Source of the DNA: Candidatus Iainarchaeum sp.
GTDB taxonomy: Archaea > Iainarchaeota > Iainarchaeia > Iainarchaeales > JAZDEL01
Assembly (NCBI GenBank): GCA_043808785.1
Contig: JAZDEL010000009.1
Span: 1-32,000, forward strand
Length of the DNA stretch: 32,000 nt
Direction of reading: 5' to 3'
Positions 1-8,111 of the stretch are shown here, one piece after another. Position 1 is the stretch's first letter. Each line of letters opens with the position of its first letter. Both the position numbers and the translations under genes were made by a program. The notes under the pieces are model-generated. The model had not been told where the DNA came from. It saw only the letters and a program-made list of their open reading frames with translations, and searched no databases.

Positions 1-583
1 CTTGCCCGATACGGACTTTACATAGTGTGCCTCTCACGCCGGGGCCCTCTCGGCTAAGCGCGACGCACGAATAGATGCATGTCTACGAGGCATATGGGAT
101 GGCAGAAAAAGGTAAAGGTTTAAAGGGGTTTTCATAGATGCTGAGGCGCATTCCTGTTGAAAAATGGAAAGAACTGCTCCCCCATGTCAAAACATCCGTG
201 CGAAAGGGCATCTGCCGCGGGGGGTTAAGGCGTTTGTGGAAATTGGCAGAGCCGCGGGGGAAAAAGGGCGCTGCGAAGAAACGGGAAGCGTACATAGTTG
301 ATGACGGTAAAACCGCCAAAATTTACAGGATAATGGGCCCCCTGCAGGCATTAAGGCCAAGCTACCCCTGAACAGGAACCGGCCTCTATCAGCCTAAATT
401 CCACGGAGTCGAGGCTGAAACCGAAAAAAGCTTCCTTGAGCGGGAACTGCTGGTTTCGTGGGACGGATTTCACTTTTTCAGGACAGGCTGAAAGATGCGC
501 GAATCACTTGTTTAGGGCGGGAAGGCAAAGCCGATAAAGAGAGGGGAGGAATGGTCCCGCAACTGCAAATTTTAGCCGGCGCT

Positions 584-1273
584 TTACCAAATTCCAGGCA
601 CAATTTTGTAAGGGGTTTTCTTCGCGTATTCCCTGTAGCCCGGCAGCTCGCGTTGCAAAGCTGTGTCCTCCTTCACTGTGCGGGCAACTATTATTGCGCT
701 TGAGAGCAGTGAAATTATGAGCGCCCAGCCCGAGCCGAGCAGGAGCGCGGTGCATATTATCATCACAATTACCGAAACGTACATCGGGTGCCGCACATAC
801 GCATAGGGGCCGGTGCTCACGACCTTATGCCCCTTTGCGATTTTCACAATGCGGAAGAGGAATGCGTTTTCGCGCATAACGAGGAAAAGCAGGATGTATG
901 AAAACACCAATCCGGCGAAACCGAGCGCCTTGTCAAGAAGCGTGAGCTGCCACCAGCCGAACCTGAAGTCGAGCGCCGCAAGCGGGAAAATGGAAAGCAT
1001 CAGCACGCTTGCGATGCCTACGATAACAATGTCCCATCCCCTTTCGGGCATCAGCATCTCGCGCCTTTCAAGCATCTCGGGGCTGTGCTTCATGAAATAG
1101 AAAATCATCGGGATGAACGCGGCAAACATCAGGATTATGTAAAGCCACGCCTCTAGCCATTCATAAGTCCCTGCAACCCAGAACAGCAGGGCAACCATGA
1201 ACACGAGCGCCCCTGCAAGCTTCAGCGCGGCGTTCAGCAAAAGGCCTTTTTTCGGCATGAAACTATAACGCAC
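584..1273 (-). CDS. ICMT / phospholipid methyltransferase-family integral membrane protein
   Basis: 229-aa ORF with multiple hydrophobic helices. The C-terminal half carries the family-typical GPYAYVRHPMYVSVI segment. GTG start at 1273; an ATG alternative lies at 1258. Confidence 0.75.
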   Translation of the reverse strand: MRYSFMPKKGLLLNAALKLAGALVFMVALLFWVAGTYEWLEAWLYIILMFAAFIPMIFYFMKHSPEMLERREMLMPERGWDIVIVGIASVLMLSIFPLAALDFRFGWWQLTLLDKALGFAGLVFSYILLFLVMRENAFLFRIVKIAKGHKVVSTGPYAYVRHPMYVSVIVMIICTALLLGSGWALIISLLSSAIIVARTVKEDTALQRELPGYREYAKKTPYKIVPGIW

Positions 1274-1309
1274 TCCGCAAATAAAAGCCTAACTTCCGGG
1301 CCCTTGCCC

Positions 1310-3499
1310 CTAATCCAGCCTCGCCCCTTTCAGCAGCAGCGAATTCGTAACCACGGAAACACTGCTGAACGCCATCGCACCCGCCGCAATAACGGGCGAG
1401 AGCAAAATCCCGAAAGGGTAGTAAAGCACGCCCGCCGCTATTGGGATGCCGATAACGTTGTAAATCAGCGCCCAGAACATGTTCTGCCTTATCTTATTCA
1501 TTGTTTTCCCGCCGAGCGAAAGCGCCGCGGGAACATCAAGGGGGTCGGAGCGCATGAGAACTATATTTCCCGACTCAATCGCGATGTCCGAGCCGTTCGA
1601 CATCGCAATCCCTATGTCCGCCTGCGCAAGCGCGGGTGCGTCATTAATTCCGTCCCCCACCATTGCGACAACCTTTCCCTGCGACTGGAGTTTTTTCACA
1701 TAACCGGCCTTGTCCCCCGGAAGCACCTCCGCGAAAACGTTTTTTATGCCGAGCTGTTTCGCAATCGCATTTGCGGCGCGTTCATTGTCGCCAGTAATCA
1801 TCCAAACATCCATTCCGCGCGCGGCGAGCTTTGAAACCGCTTCCCTGCTTGTTGCGCGGATTGTGTCCGCAACCGCAACCCCTCCCAAAACCTTCCCCGC
1901 GGAAAGGAGAAGCATTACGGTTTTCCCCTCCTCCTGAAGTTTTGAGATTTCCGCGTCCAAGCCCGCGGCAAATTTGGTTCCGGTTTTTGCGTGGTTCACG
2001 CTCCCGAGGAAGTATTCCTTCCCCGCGATTTTTCCTTTTATGCCCCTGCCGGGAACGGCGGCAAACCCGGCAACTTTTTCGGGTTTTATTTTTTTGTTTT
2101 CCGCGCCTGAAATTATCGCCGCGGCAAGCGGGTGCTCGGAACCCTTCTCGAGGGAGGCGGAAATTGCGAGAACCTTGCGTTCATCCGCTGCCGAACCCTG
2201 CGCTGCAAAGGTGTCGGTGAGTTTTGGCTTACCCTCCGTGAGCGTGCCTGTCTTGTCGAACACAATGGCATTAACCCTGTGGCTTGTTTCAAGCGCCTCC
2301 GCGCCTTTTATCAGAATTCCCTTCTCCGCGCCCCTGCCTGTGCCGACCATAATTGCAGTGGGCGTTGCCAAGCCAAGCGCGCAGGGGCAGGCAATAACAA
2401 GAACCGAGACCGCGGCAACTAACGCAAAGGGCAGCCCTTCCGCAAAAACAAAAAACCACGCGCAAAATGTTAGCAGTGCAATAACAACAATCGCGGGCAC
2501 GAATATGGCACTCACCTTATCCGCGAACCTCTGTATTTCCGCTTTTGACCCCTGCGCGTCCTCCACAAGTTTTATTATCTGCGCAAGAACCGTGCCCGCA
2601 CCGACCTTCGTTGCCCTGAATTTAAGCAGGCCGTGCCCGTTAATGGTGCCCGCGAAAACCTTGCTCCCTTTGCCCTTTTCCACGGGTATGCTTTCCCCTG
2701 TAAGCATGCTTTCATTTACCGAACTGCCCCCGAAAACAACAATCCCGTCCGTGGGAATTCCGGCACCGGGTTTGACGATTACAATATCCCCTTCCTTAAT
2801 TTCAGCAGCAGGAATTTCAATTTCCCTGCCCCCCCTTTCAACAATAGCGGTTTTAGGCGAAAGGTCCATTAACTTCCTTATCGCCTCGCTTGTCCTGCCC
2901 TTTGCAACCGCCTCCAAATATTTGCCGACAAGCACGAGGGTTATGAGCAGTGCAGCGGTTTCGAAATACTGCTCCATAACAATGCCGAGGAGCGCGGCAA
3001 TGCTGTAAAAATACGCGGCGCTTGTTCCGAGCGCGATAAGCGTGTCCATCGAGGCGCTTTTGTTCCTCAGCGCTGCAATTGCGCCGCGGTAGAACCTTGC
3101 CCCCGCAATGAACTGAACGGGAGTTGCGAGCGCAAACAGAATCCAGATGCGGTAAGGCAAATCCATGAGGAACATGCCGATTATGAAAACTGGAACGGAA
3201 AGGAAAATGCCCAGCAAAAGGTCGCCTTTGAGTTCCTTTATCTCCTGCGCGCGCAGTTTCTTCTCGCGCTCCAAATCCATGCCTGCCTCCGCCTTGTAGC
3301 CCGCGGCCTTTATAGTGCCTATTATGTGCTCAATGCTTGTCTCTTTCTCATCAAACTCGATGCGCGCCTTTCCCGCCGCGAAGTTAACGTTCGCGGATTT
3401 CACGCCCTTCATGTCAGCAAGGCGCCTTGTAATCAGCGCGGAGCACGAGGCGCAGTGCATGCCCTCCACAATAATGGTTTCGATTTTCACAGTAATCAC
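1310..3499 (-). CDS. copA: Heavy-metal (copper-type) translocating P1B-type ATPase
   Basis: 729 aa. N-terminal HMA domain (GMHCASCS), TGES, membrane CPC (ACPCALGLATP), DKTGTLT phosphorylation site, SEHPL, GDGINDAP. GTG start. Confidence 0.95.
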   Translation of the reverse strand: MITVKIETIIVEGMHCASCSALITRRLADMKGVKSANVNFAAGKARIEFDEKETSIEHIIGTIKAAGYKAEAGMDLEREKKLRAQEIKELKGDLLLGIFLSVPVFIIGMFLMDLPYRIWILFALATPVQFIAGARFYRGAIAALRNKSASMDTLIALGTSAAYFYSIAALLGIVMEQYFETAALLITLVLVGKYLEAVAKGRTSEAIRKLMDLSPKTAIVERGGREIEIPAAEIKEGDIVIVKPGAGIPTDGIVVFGGSSVNESMLTGESIPVEKGKGSKVFAGTINGHGLLKFRATKVGAGTVLAQIIKLVEDAQGSKAEIQRFADKVSAIFVPAIVVIALLTFCAWFFVFAEGLPFALVAAVSVLVIACPCALGLATPTAIMVGTGRGAEKGILIKGAEALETSHRVNAIVFDKTGTLTEGKPKLTDTFAAQGSAADERKVLAISASLEKGSEHPLAAAIISGAENKKIKPEKVAGFAAVPGRGIKGKIAGKEYFLGSVNHAKTGTKFAAGLDAEISKLQEEGKTVMLLLSAGKVLGGVAVADTIRATSREAVSKLAARGMDVWMITGDNERAANAIAKQLGIKNVFAEVLPGDKAGYVKKLQSQGKVVAMVGDGINDAPALAQADIGIAMSNGSDIAIESGNIVLMRSDPLDVPAALSLGGKTMNKIRQNMFWALIYNVIGIPIAAGVLYYPFGILLSPVIAAGAMAFSSVSVVTNSLLLKGARLD

Positions 3500-3569
3500 C
3501 TGCCCCCTTCTTTATTTCTTCTTTTGCATTTAGGAGGGGTGCGGGCGGAAACCCGCCCGCGAAAAAACG

Positions 3570-4613
3570 CTAGCCTCCGCAGCCGCAGGAAGCGCCGCAG
3601 CCTCCCGAGGAGCCCCCGCAACTTCCGCCTGCGGAGCCGCCGGAAGCGGCTGGCGGCGAACCATTATTCGCCGTCCCGCCGATTCCCGAAAGGCCTGCAG
3701 TTGCCGTTGCGGAACCGCCAGAACTCGGCCCGCTTACCACGGTTGCCGCGTATGTCTTGAACACTTCGAGCGCGAGTATCTCGCTCTTTGAAGTCTGCTT
3801 AGGGTCGAACGCAACGTCGAAGTAATTCGGCGATTCGAACTTAACCCCCGCAACTCCTGGAATTGTTTTCAGGTCACCTGTGATTAAGGAGGCGTGCCCC
3901 GAGCAGGGTATGTTTACCTGCAGTTTCATTATCGAGTATTGTGCATTTTCCCCCGCGGTTTCCGCGGCAACGTTTCCCGAACCCGCAAGCGCAACCGCCC
4001 CTGTGGGGGTTGCGAACACGCCGGTGTCAAGGTTTGCCAGCATCGGGAACGCGAAAACGAACAGCAGGAGATTGACGCCCATTGTCGAGCCATACATTGT
4101 CGCGAGATAGCCTTTCTTCCTGCTCACGCCGTTCCAGGAAAGCATGCCCTGCTTCCTTAGGTAAAGCGCGGATGAAACAGTTGCGAAAACGAGGGACAGG
4201 GCAATAAGCGCATAGAAGAACCATGCGTTCATCAGCAGCGGCCTGAACAATTGAACCGCAACAGTCACGCCCAGCACCGAGGCGGCGATGAAACCTATGC
4301 ACCCGATATGCGGGGTTAACCCGTAAATCAACCCCTCCTTAAGCGAGGTTTGTGCGGTTGTTTTTGCCTCCGTTTTCGCTTCATGGGCCTGTGAGGGAGC
4401 AATCCCTCCCTCGACCCTGTAGCCCATCTTTGTTATTTCATTCTCTATGTCGCCTCTAGTTGCCTTGCCCGCGTCGAAAAGCACCTTGACATTCTCGTCC
4501 GCATAGCTTGCCTTAACTTCGGCAACGCCGTGCATCCTCGAAACCCTGTCCTTTATCAGTTCCGCGCAGCTGTTGCAGTGCATCCCTTTTACCTTAAGTT
4601 CCGCGTTTTCCAT
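3570..4613 (-). CDS. HMA-domain membrane protein: HMA, about 4 TM helices, a second HMA-like domain, and a Gly/Ser/Cys tail. Putative metal chaperone or transporter.
   Basis: 347 aa. N-terminal GMHCNSCAE ferredoxin-like HMA domain. Hydrophobic core with PHIGCIG. C-terminal domain with IPCSGH in the position of CxxC. Tail ...GGSCGGSSGGCGASCGCGG. GGTGGT SD-like box 5 nt upstream. Lies 70 nt upstream of copA on the same strand. Confidence 0.8.
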   Translation of the reverse strand: MENAELKVKGMHCNSCAELIKDRVSRMHGVAEVKASYADENVKVLFDAGKATRGDIENEITKMGYRVEGGIAPSQAHEAKTEAKTTAQTSLKEGLIYGLTPHIGCIGFIAASVLGVTVAVQLFRPLLMNAWFFYALIALSLVFATVSSALYLRKQGMLSWNGVSRKKGYLATMYGSTMGVNLLLFVFAFPMLANLDTGVFATPTGAVALAGSGNVAAETAGENAQYSIMKLQVNIPCSGHASLITGDLKTIPGVAGVKFESPNYFDVAFDPKQTSKSEILALEVFKTYAATVVSGPSSGGSATATAGLSGIGGTANNGSPPAASGGSAGGSCGGSSGGCGASCGCGG

Positions 4614-4871
4614 TTATACCACCGCCCTTTGTTTCCCCGATTCCGCAATTTTCCACTTGAACCACTCTCCCGCGGCGCAGGCGCCGTAAAGGTTCCGCGG
4701 TTTTCCCGCGCATAACCTGTACCTTATGCGCCTGATACCATACATATGGTTTGCTGAAACCGTGGGAAAACGGGGAAAATTCGTGCAGTTTGCCGAAACC
4801 ACTGAAAAATCAGGAAAAACGCCGTTAATGCGGGCTCGGCTTAAAATAACTTGTGTCCAGCGTTATTTCAG

Positions 4872-5384
4872 ATGGAACTCAAAATAGACCTTTCAAACAG
4901 GCGCGCGATTGCGGGAATAGTTGTCCTGCTCTGCGTTATGGCGCTTGTGCTTTACCTCCCGCCATTGCTGAACGAAACAAATCCCGGCGTGTGTTATGTG
5001 GGGGGCGTTTGCCAGCACGAGAAGCGCATAGAGGTGCTGAACCAGCTCGTGCCGTTCTTCATCCTCGGCGGCGTGGCGATAGGCGCGCTTGTGTTCTTTT
5101 TCATGACCTCCAAGCTCGAGGACAAGGGGAAGGAACTGAAAAAGGTCACTTCCGCGCTTGTGCAGTTCCTCGGAAAGGACGAGAAGGCAGTGGTGCAAAA
5201 AATTCTTGAAAATGGCGGAAAGGTTTACCAGTCCGAGGTTTCGCGCATCGAAACCGTGGGCAAGCTGAAAAGCCACCGCATACTCCAGCGCCTTGCGGAC
5301 CGCGGGGTAATTGAAATAGAAAAGCACGGGAAGACGAACATAATAAAGCTCGCGCCCGCGGTGCGCGAGGTTCTTGTGAAATAG
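4872..5384 (+). CDS. Membrane-anchored winged-helix transcriptional regulator (two TM helices plus a C-terminal wHTH)
   Basis: The track ORF starts at TTG 4851; the first ATG is at 4872, about 25 nt after the TATA-like ttaaaata (4840-4847). Two hydrophobic helices flank a loop with CYVGGVC. The C-terminal YQSEVSRIETVGKLKSHRILQRLADRGVIEIEKHGKTN is a typical wHTH. Confidence 0.65.
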   Translation: MELKIDLSNRRAIAGIVVLLCVMALVLYLPPLLNETNPGVCYVGGVCQHEKRIEVLNQLVPFFILGGVAIGALVFFFMTSKLEDKGKELKKVTSALVQFLGKDEKAVVQKILENGGKVYQSEVSRIETVGKLKSHRILQRLADRGVIEIEKHGKTNIIKLAPAVREVLVK

Positions 5385-5491
5385 GCGCGCGGATTCGTGC
5401 GGAATAGGCGCATACGGTAGCGTGCGAAGCGCATGCGAAATTGCCGCGCAGGCGGCGTGTGCGGGTTTCCCGCGATAAGCACACTTGCACC

Positions 5492-6496
5492 TTATTTTCC
5501 GTAAATCTTTTTAATCGCTTCCCCGAGGTATTCGGGCTGCGCTATGAAAACGTCCCTCTTCATGTAGCCGTGCCTCGTGAGGACGAGGCCCGTGTTTATG
5601 AGCCCCCTGTATATTTTTTTGCCGTATCCCAGTCCGCCCGCGAGCTTCTGCGCTTTCGCCCCGTGCGCCCCTTCGGAGCCTATGCGCAGGAGGATTTCCG
5701 CAAGGTCCGATGTTGCGCCCTCCCCGAACCTGCCGAGCCCGGCATCGAGCGCCATCCTGAAAACCCTGAGCGTGTAGCTGCCCTCTATTGCAAACCCGCG
5801 CACCTGCTTCTCCGTGATTCGCTTTTTCTCCAGAAGGCCGTTCAGGAAGTCGGCAGCCCCGGGCGGGTTCTCCGCCCTTATTTTGTCCATCGCCTGCTTA
5901 AGGGGGGACACTTCCTCCTTTTTTGCGGGCGCTTCTTTGGTTTCGGCATCCCGCCTGTTGCCGGTTTCCTTTTTCCCCTTCTTTTTCGGCTTTGCTGTGC
6001 GCCCCATCCTTGTTTCCGCGGGAAACCCGCGCAGTGACGCCTTCATGACTCTTGTGTCCCGCCGCCGCAGTTTTTTCAGGTAAATTTTTTCATAGAGCCT
6101 CCATTCGGGGTTGCCCGCAACGTCGAAACGCACGTAGCGGGATGAAAATGTTTCCTTGATTAGGCGCTTGGAAACAGGCAGGTGCCTCATGCGCAGGTAA
6201 TTTTCAAAGTGCTTGGGGAGTTCCGATTTCGCAATCGCCGCGAGCCTTGACGAGATTTTTGCGAACATCCCGCGCCCGGCAGCGGAATAGTTCCTGCTTT
6301 TCGCGCGGAAGTGCGCCTCCACAGCGGCATCGCCCATCGGCTTGCCTCCGCTGCTGCTCTGCAGGTTTGCCCCGCGCACCGCACTCCCGATAAATCTTTT
6401 CTTCGCCTCGAGGCGCCCGCGCATAACCCTTGCGAAATCGTTCGGAAACTTCGCCCTTCTCCCGAGGGGCTTCTTTGCCGCAATTGGCGCCGCCAT
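5492..6496 (-). CDS. Hypothetical protein: two globular regions joined by a Lys/Glu-rich linker
   Basis: The track ORF runs to 6643, but the first ATG (MAAPIAAKK...) is at 6496, about 25 nt downstream of a TATA-like gtttttattc on the minus strand. The composition is protein-like. No family recognised. Confidence 0.55.
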   Translation of the reverse strand: MAAPIAAKKPLGRRAKFPNDFARVMRGRLEAKKRFIGSAVRGANLQSSSGGKPMGDAAVEAHFRAKSRNYSAAGRGMFAKISSRLAAIAKSELPKHFENYLRMRHLPVSKRLIKETFSSRYVRFDVAGNPEWRLYEKIYLKKLRRRDTRVMKASLRGFPAETRMGRTAKPKKKGKKETGNRRDAETKEAPAKKEEVSPLKQAMDKIRAENPPGAADFLNGLLEKKRITEKQVRGFAIEGSYTLRVFRMALDAGLGRFGEGATSDLAEILLRIGSEGAHGAKAQKLAGGLGYGKKIYRGLINTGLVLTRHGYMKRDVFIAQPEYLGEAIKKIYGK

Positions 6497-6675
6497 AGCA
6501 TGAATACGCCGCGGCTGAATAAAAACATATGCCGAAAATGCGGCGTTCCGCCCCGCCTGGCGGTGCCGGCTTATCTGCGCGGTTTGCGCAAGAAAACCGA
6601 AAACCTGCGGCAGGTTTGCCGCGCGTGCGGAAACCGAAAACAAAAACGCACGCTACCGGGTTTGCCCGGTGCGAA

Positions 6676-6709
6676 CCCCAAAAACCCGCGCGGGTTTTTG
6701 TTTTTTGGG
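6676..6709. terminator. Palindromic hairpin with flanking A and T tracts, terminator-like and possibly bidirectional
   Basis: aaaaacccgcgcgggttttt is a perfect 20-nt palindrome (6680-6699), followed by gttttttggg. On the minus strand it gives a hairpin plus T5 downstream of the 6800..7057 gene. Confidence 0.5.
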
Positions 6710-6799
6710 TGCGCGCGAATTTGCATTTTGCCCGCGGGCAGCCTGCGGGAACCAAGCCCGAAAACCGCGCTTGCTTTTTGTTTGCGCGCGGTTGCGCCT

Positions 6800-7057
6800 T
6801 TATTCCCCGCCGAGGTTCCTCGACCTTATGCGCTCGTTCTCTATGTGCCTTATGCGCGACTGAAGCGCGGCAATCTTGCTTTTCTTGCCGTCAATCTCCT
6901 CGTCGAGCGATTCCGCCTCGCCCTCGGTGAACATGTTGCGCTTCCTCTTGAGCGCCATGCGCTTCTCGAGCGCAACCTTATCCCTTTCTATGCGGTCTAT
7001 TGCCGCCTTTATTTCCATTATTTCCGCTTTGTAATCGTCCCTATCCATAATATTCAC
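6800..7057 (-). CDS. Small coiled-coil protein (hypothetical)
   Basis: 85-aa ORF (GTG 7057, or ATG 7048) with a heptad-like charged sequence (EIMEIKAAIDRIERDKVALEKRMALKRK...). An AT-rich TATA-like box lies about 25-35 nt upstream on the minus strand. Confidence 0.5.
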   Translation of the reverse strand: MNIMDRDDYKAEIMEIKAAIDRIERDKVALEKRMALKRKRNMFTEGEAESLDEEIDGKKSKIAALQSRIRHIENERIRSRNLGGE

Positions 7058-7204
7058 CCCGTATTATGGGTAAATCAAACATTTTAATAATTCTGCAATT
7101 CCCGCGCAGGGCGGCGGGAACGCATAAAAACCCTTATAAACCGCCAAATTTGCGGGGTTCGGCGCACCGCCGGGCATTGCCGAAGGCGCCGGAAAAGCGC
7201 CGGC

Positions 7205-7219
7205 AAACCCTTATAAACC
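7205..7219 (+). promoter_or_regulatory. BRE/TATA-like box (aaacccttataaacc) in front of the RNase P RNA gene
   Basis: The TATA core ttataaac (7211-7218) is centred about 26 nt upstream of the predicted RNA 5' end at 7240. An identical 15-mer is repeated at 7128-7142. Confidence 0.55.
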
Positions 7220-7239
7220 CCCTTAACAGCAATATATAC

Positions 7240-7478
7240 GCAGGGAAGCGGGCAGGCAGCCAACGGTTCTCCGAAAGGATTCGAACTGAGGAAAGTCCGC
7301 CCATCCATTCCAAAATGACGCGCCCGAGAGGGCGTCCCACGGAACAGAAACGATACCCTTCATTGGGCTGAAACGCGCTGTGGGTGGTGGTGTCAAAACC
7401 ACCGGGATGCAAGGCTTCACGCCGCTTAGGCGAATGCTGCCGAAATTACAGAAGGCGGCTTATTGCCCGCAGCCCTGC
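7240..7478 (+). ncRNA. rnpB: RNase P RNA, compact (about 239 nt)
   Basis: CR-I GAGGAAAGUCCGCC (7288-7301). CR-V ACAGAAGGCGGCUUAU (7448-7463). P4 pairing AAG[U]CCGCC : GGCGGCUU includes the conserved bulged U. A CR-II-like GGGCUGAAACGCG is present. The ends close as P1 gcaggg (7240-7245) : ccctgc (7473-7478) and P2 gcgggca (7248-7254) : tgcccgc (7464-7470). Confidence 0.8.
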
Positions 7479-7658
7479 ACCTCAACTTTTAGGAGCGTGA
7501 GGCTTCGCCTTGCGCTCAGCCTCACTTCCCAAAAGTTGGCAAAACTTCTGGTATGTGGGCTGCCTTCGGCAGCCCGATAATTCGTGCTGCGTTTCGCCAC
7601 CTTTTTATATATCCTGCGATATTGGTTATTGTGCACGCTTTGTGTTGAGGTGGCTTGA

Positions 7659-8072
7659 ATGGCGGGTTCTGAAAGCATAGAAATCAGAGACGAATCTAAC
7701 CACCCTAGTATTGCCGGCAATGAGGGCATACTCGTTGCATGGAAGGGCAGGGGGTATCTGGGCTGCATTAGGTGGAAAGAAAAGGCAAACTGGAAAGGGG
7801 ACAAGACCTGGTGGCTTGTGCTGAACGGGGGAAAGGAAGTTTCAACGCAATTGCTAAGGGCGGTTCACGAGCATGCGAAAGAAAAGGGCATCAAATATAT
7901 GGCATTTGAATTACCCTGCCCCGAACTGAGGGGGTTCCTCAGGGGGGCGGGAATGAAGGGCGGATCCAAAGAAAGGGTGCTTTACAAGAAATTCTCGGTT
8001 GCGTCTGTGCGTTTTGAGCCCCCCGTGCGGAAAAGTTTATTTAGCGCATTCAAATTCAAAAAGCCAAAGTAA
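7659..8072 (+). CDS. Hypothetical small protein, possibly a degenerate GNAT-like fold
   Basis: 137-aa ORF. SD gaggtgg (7647-7653) lies 5 nt before the ATG. TATA-like tttatata at 7605-7612. The segment WWLVLNGGKEVSTQLLRAVHEHAKEKGIKYMAFEL resembles the acetyltransferase beta4-alpha3 region, but the motif is degenerate. Confidence 0.5.
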   Translation: MAGSESIEIRDESNHPSIAGNEGILVAWKGRGYLGCIRWKEKANWKGDKTWWLVLNGGKEVSTQLLRAVHEHAKEKGIKYMAFELPCPELRGFLRGAGMKGGSKERVLYKKFSVASVRFEPPVRKSLFSAFKFKKPK

Positions 8073-8111
8073 GGTAACCATTATATATCATTTATTGAAA
8101 TATTAATAGTT

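Noticed and set aside
1974-3008. 344-aa + strand ORF, plus other + strand ORFs between 1304 and 3760
   Set aside because: These are antisense shadows of copA in GC-rich DNA. They have a low-complexity Ser/Pro/Ala/Arg composition and no motifs.
4614-4802. 62-aa minus-strand ORF ending at TAA fused to the HMA-protein ATG (taaATG); possible small Cys-containing metal protein
   Set aside because: It has only two Cys residues, no TRASH, YHS or HMA pattern, and an Arg-rich composition with a non-ATG start. ORF integrity alone is insufficient support.
7479-7652. Long-range pairing of cacctcaac (7478-7486) with gttgaggtg (7644-7652), enclosing a structured RNA of about 175 nt
   Set aside because: The 3' arm is the Shine-Dalgarno sequence (gaggtgg) of the 7659 ORF and lies downstream of that gene's TATA-like box, so the complementarity is probably coincidental.
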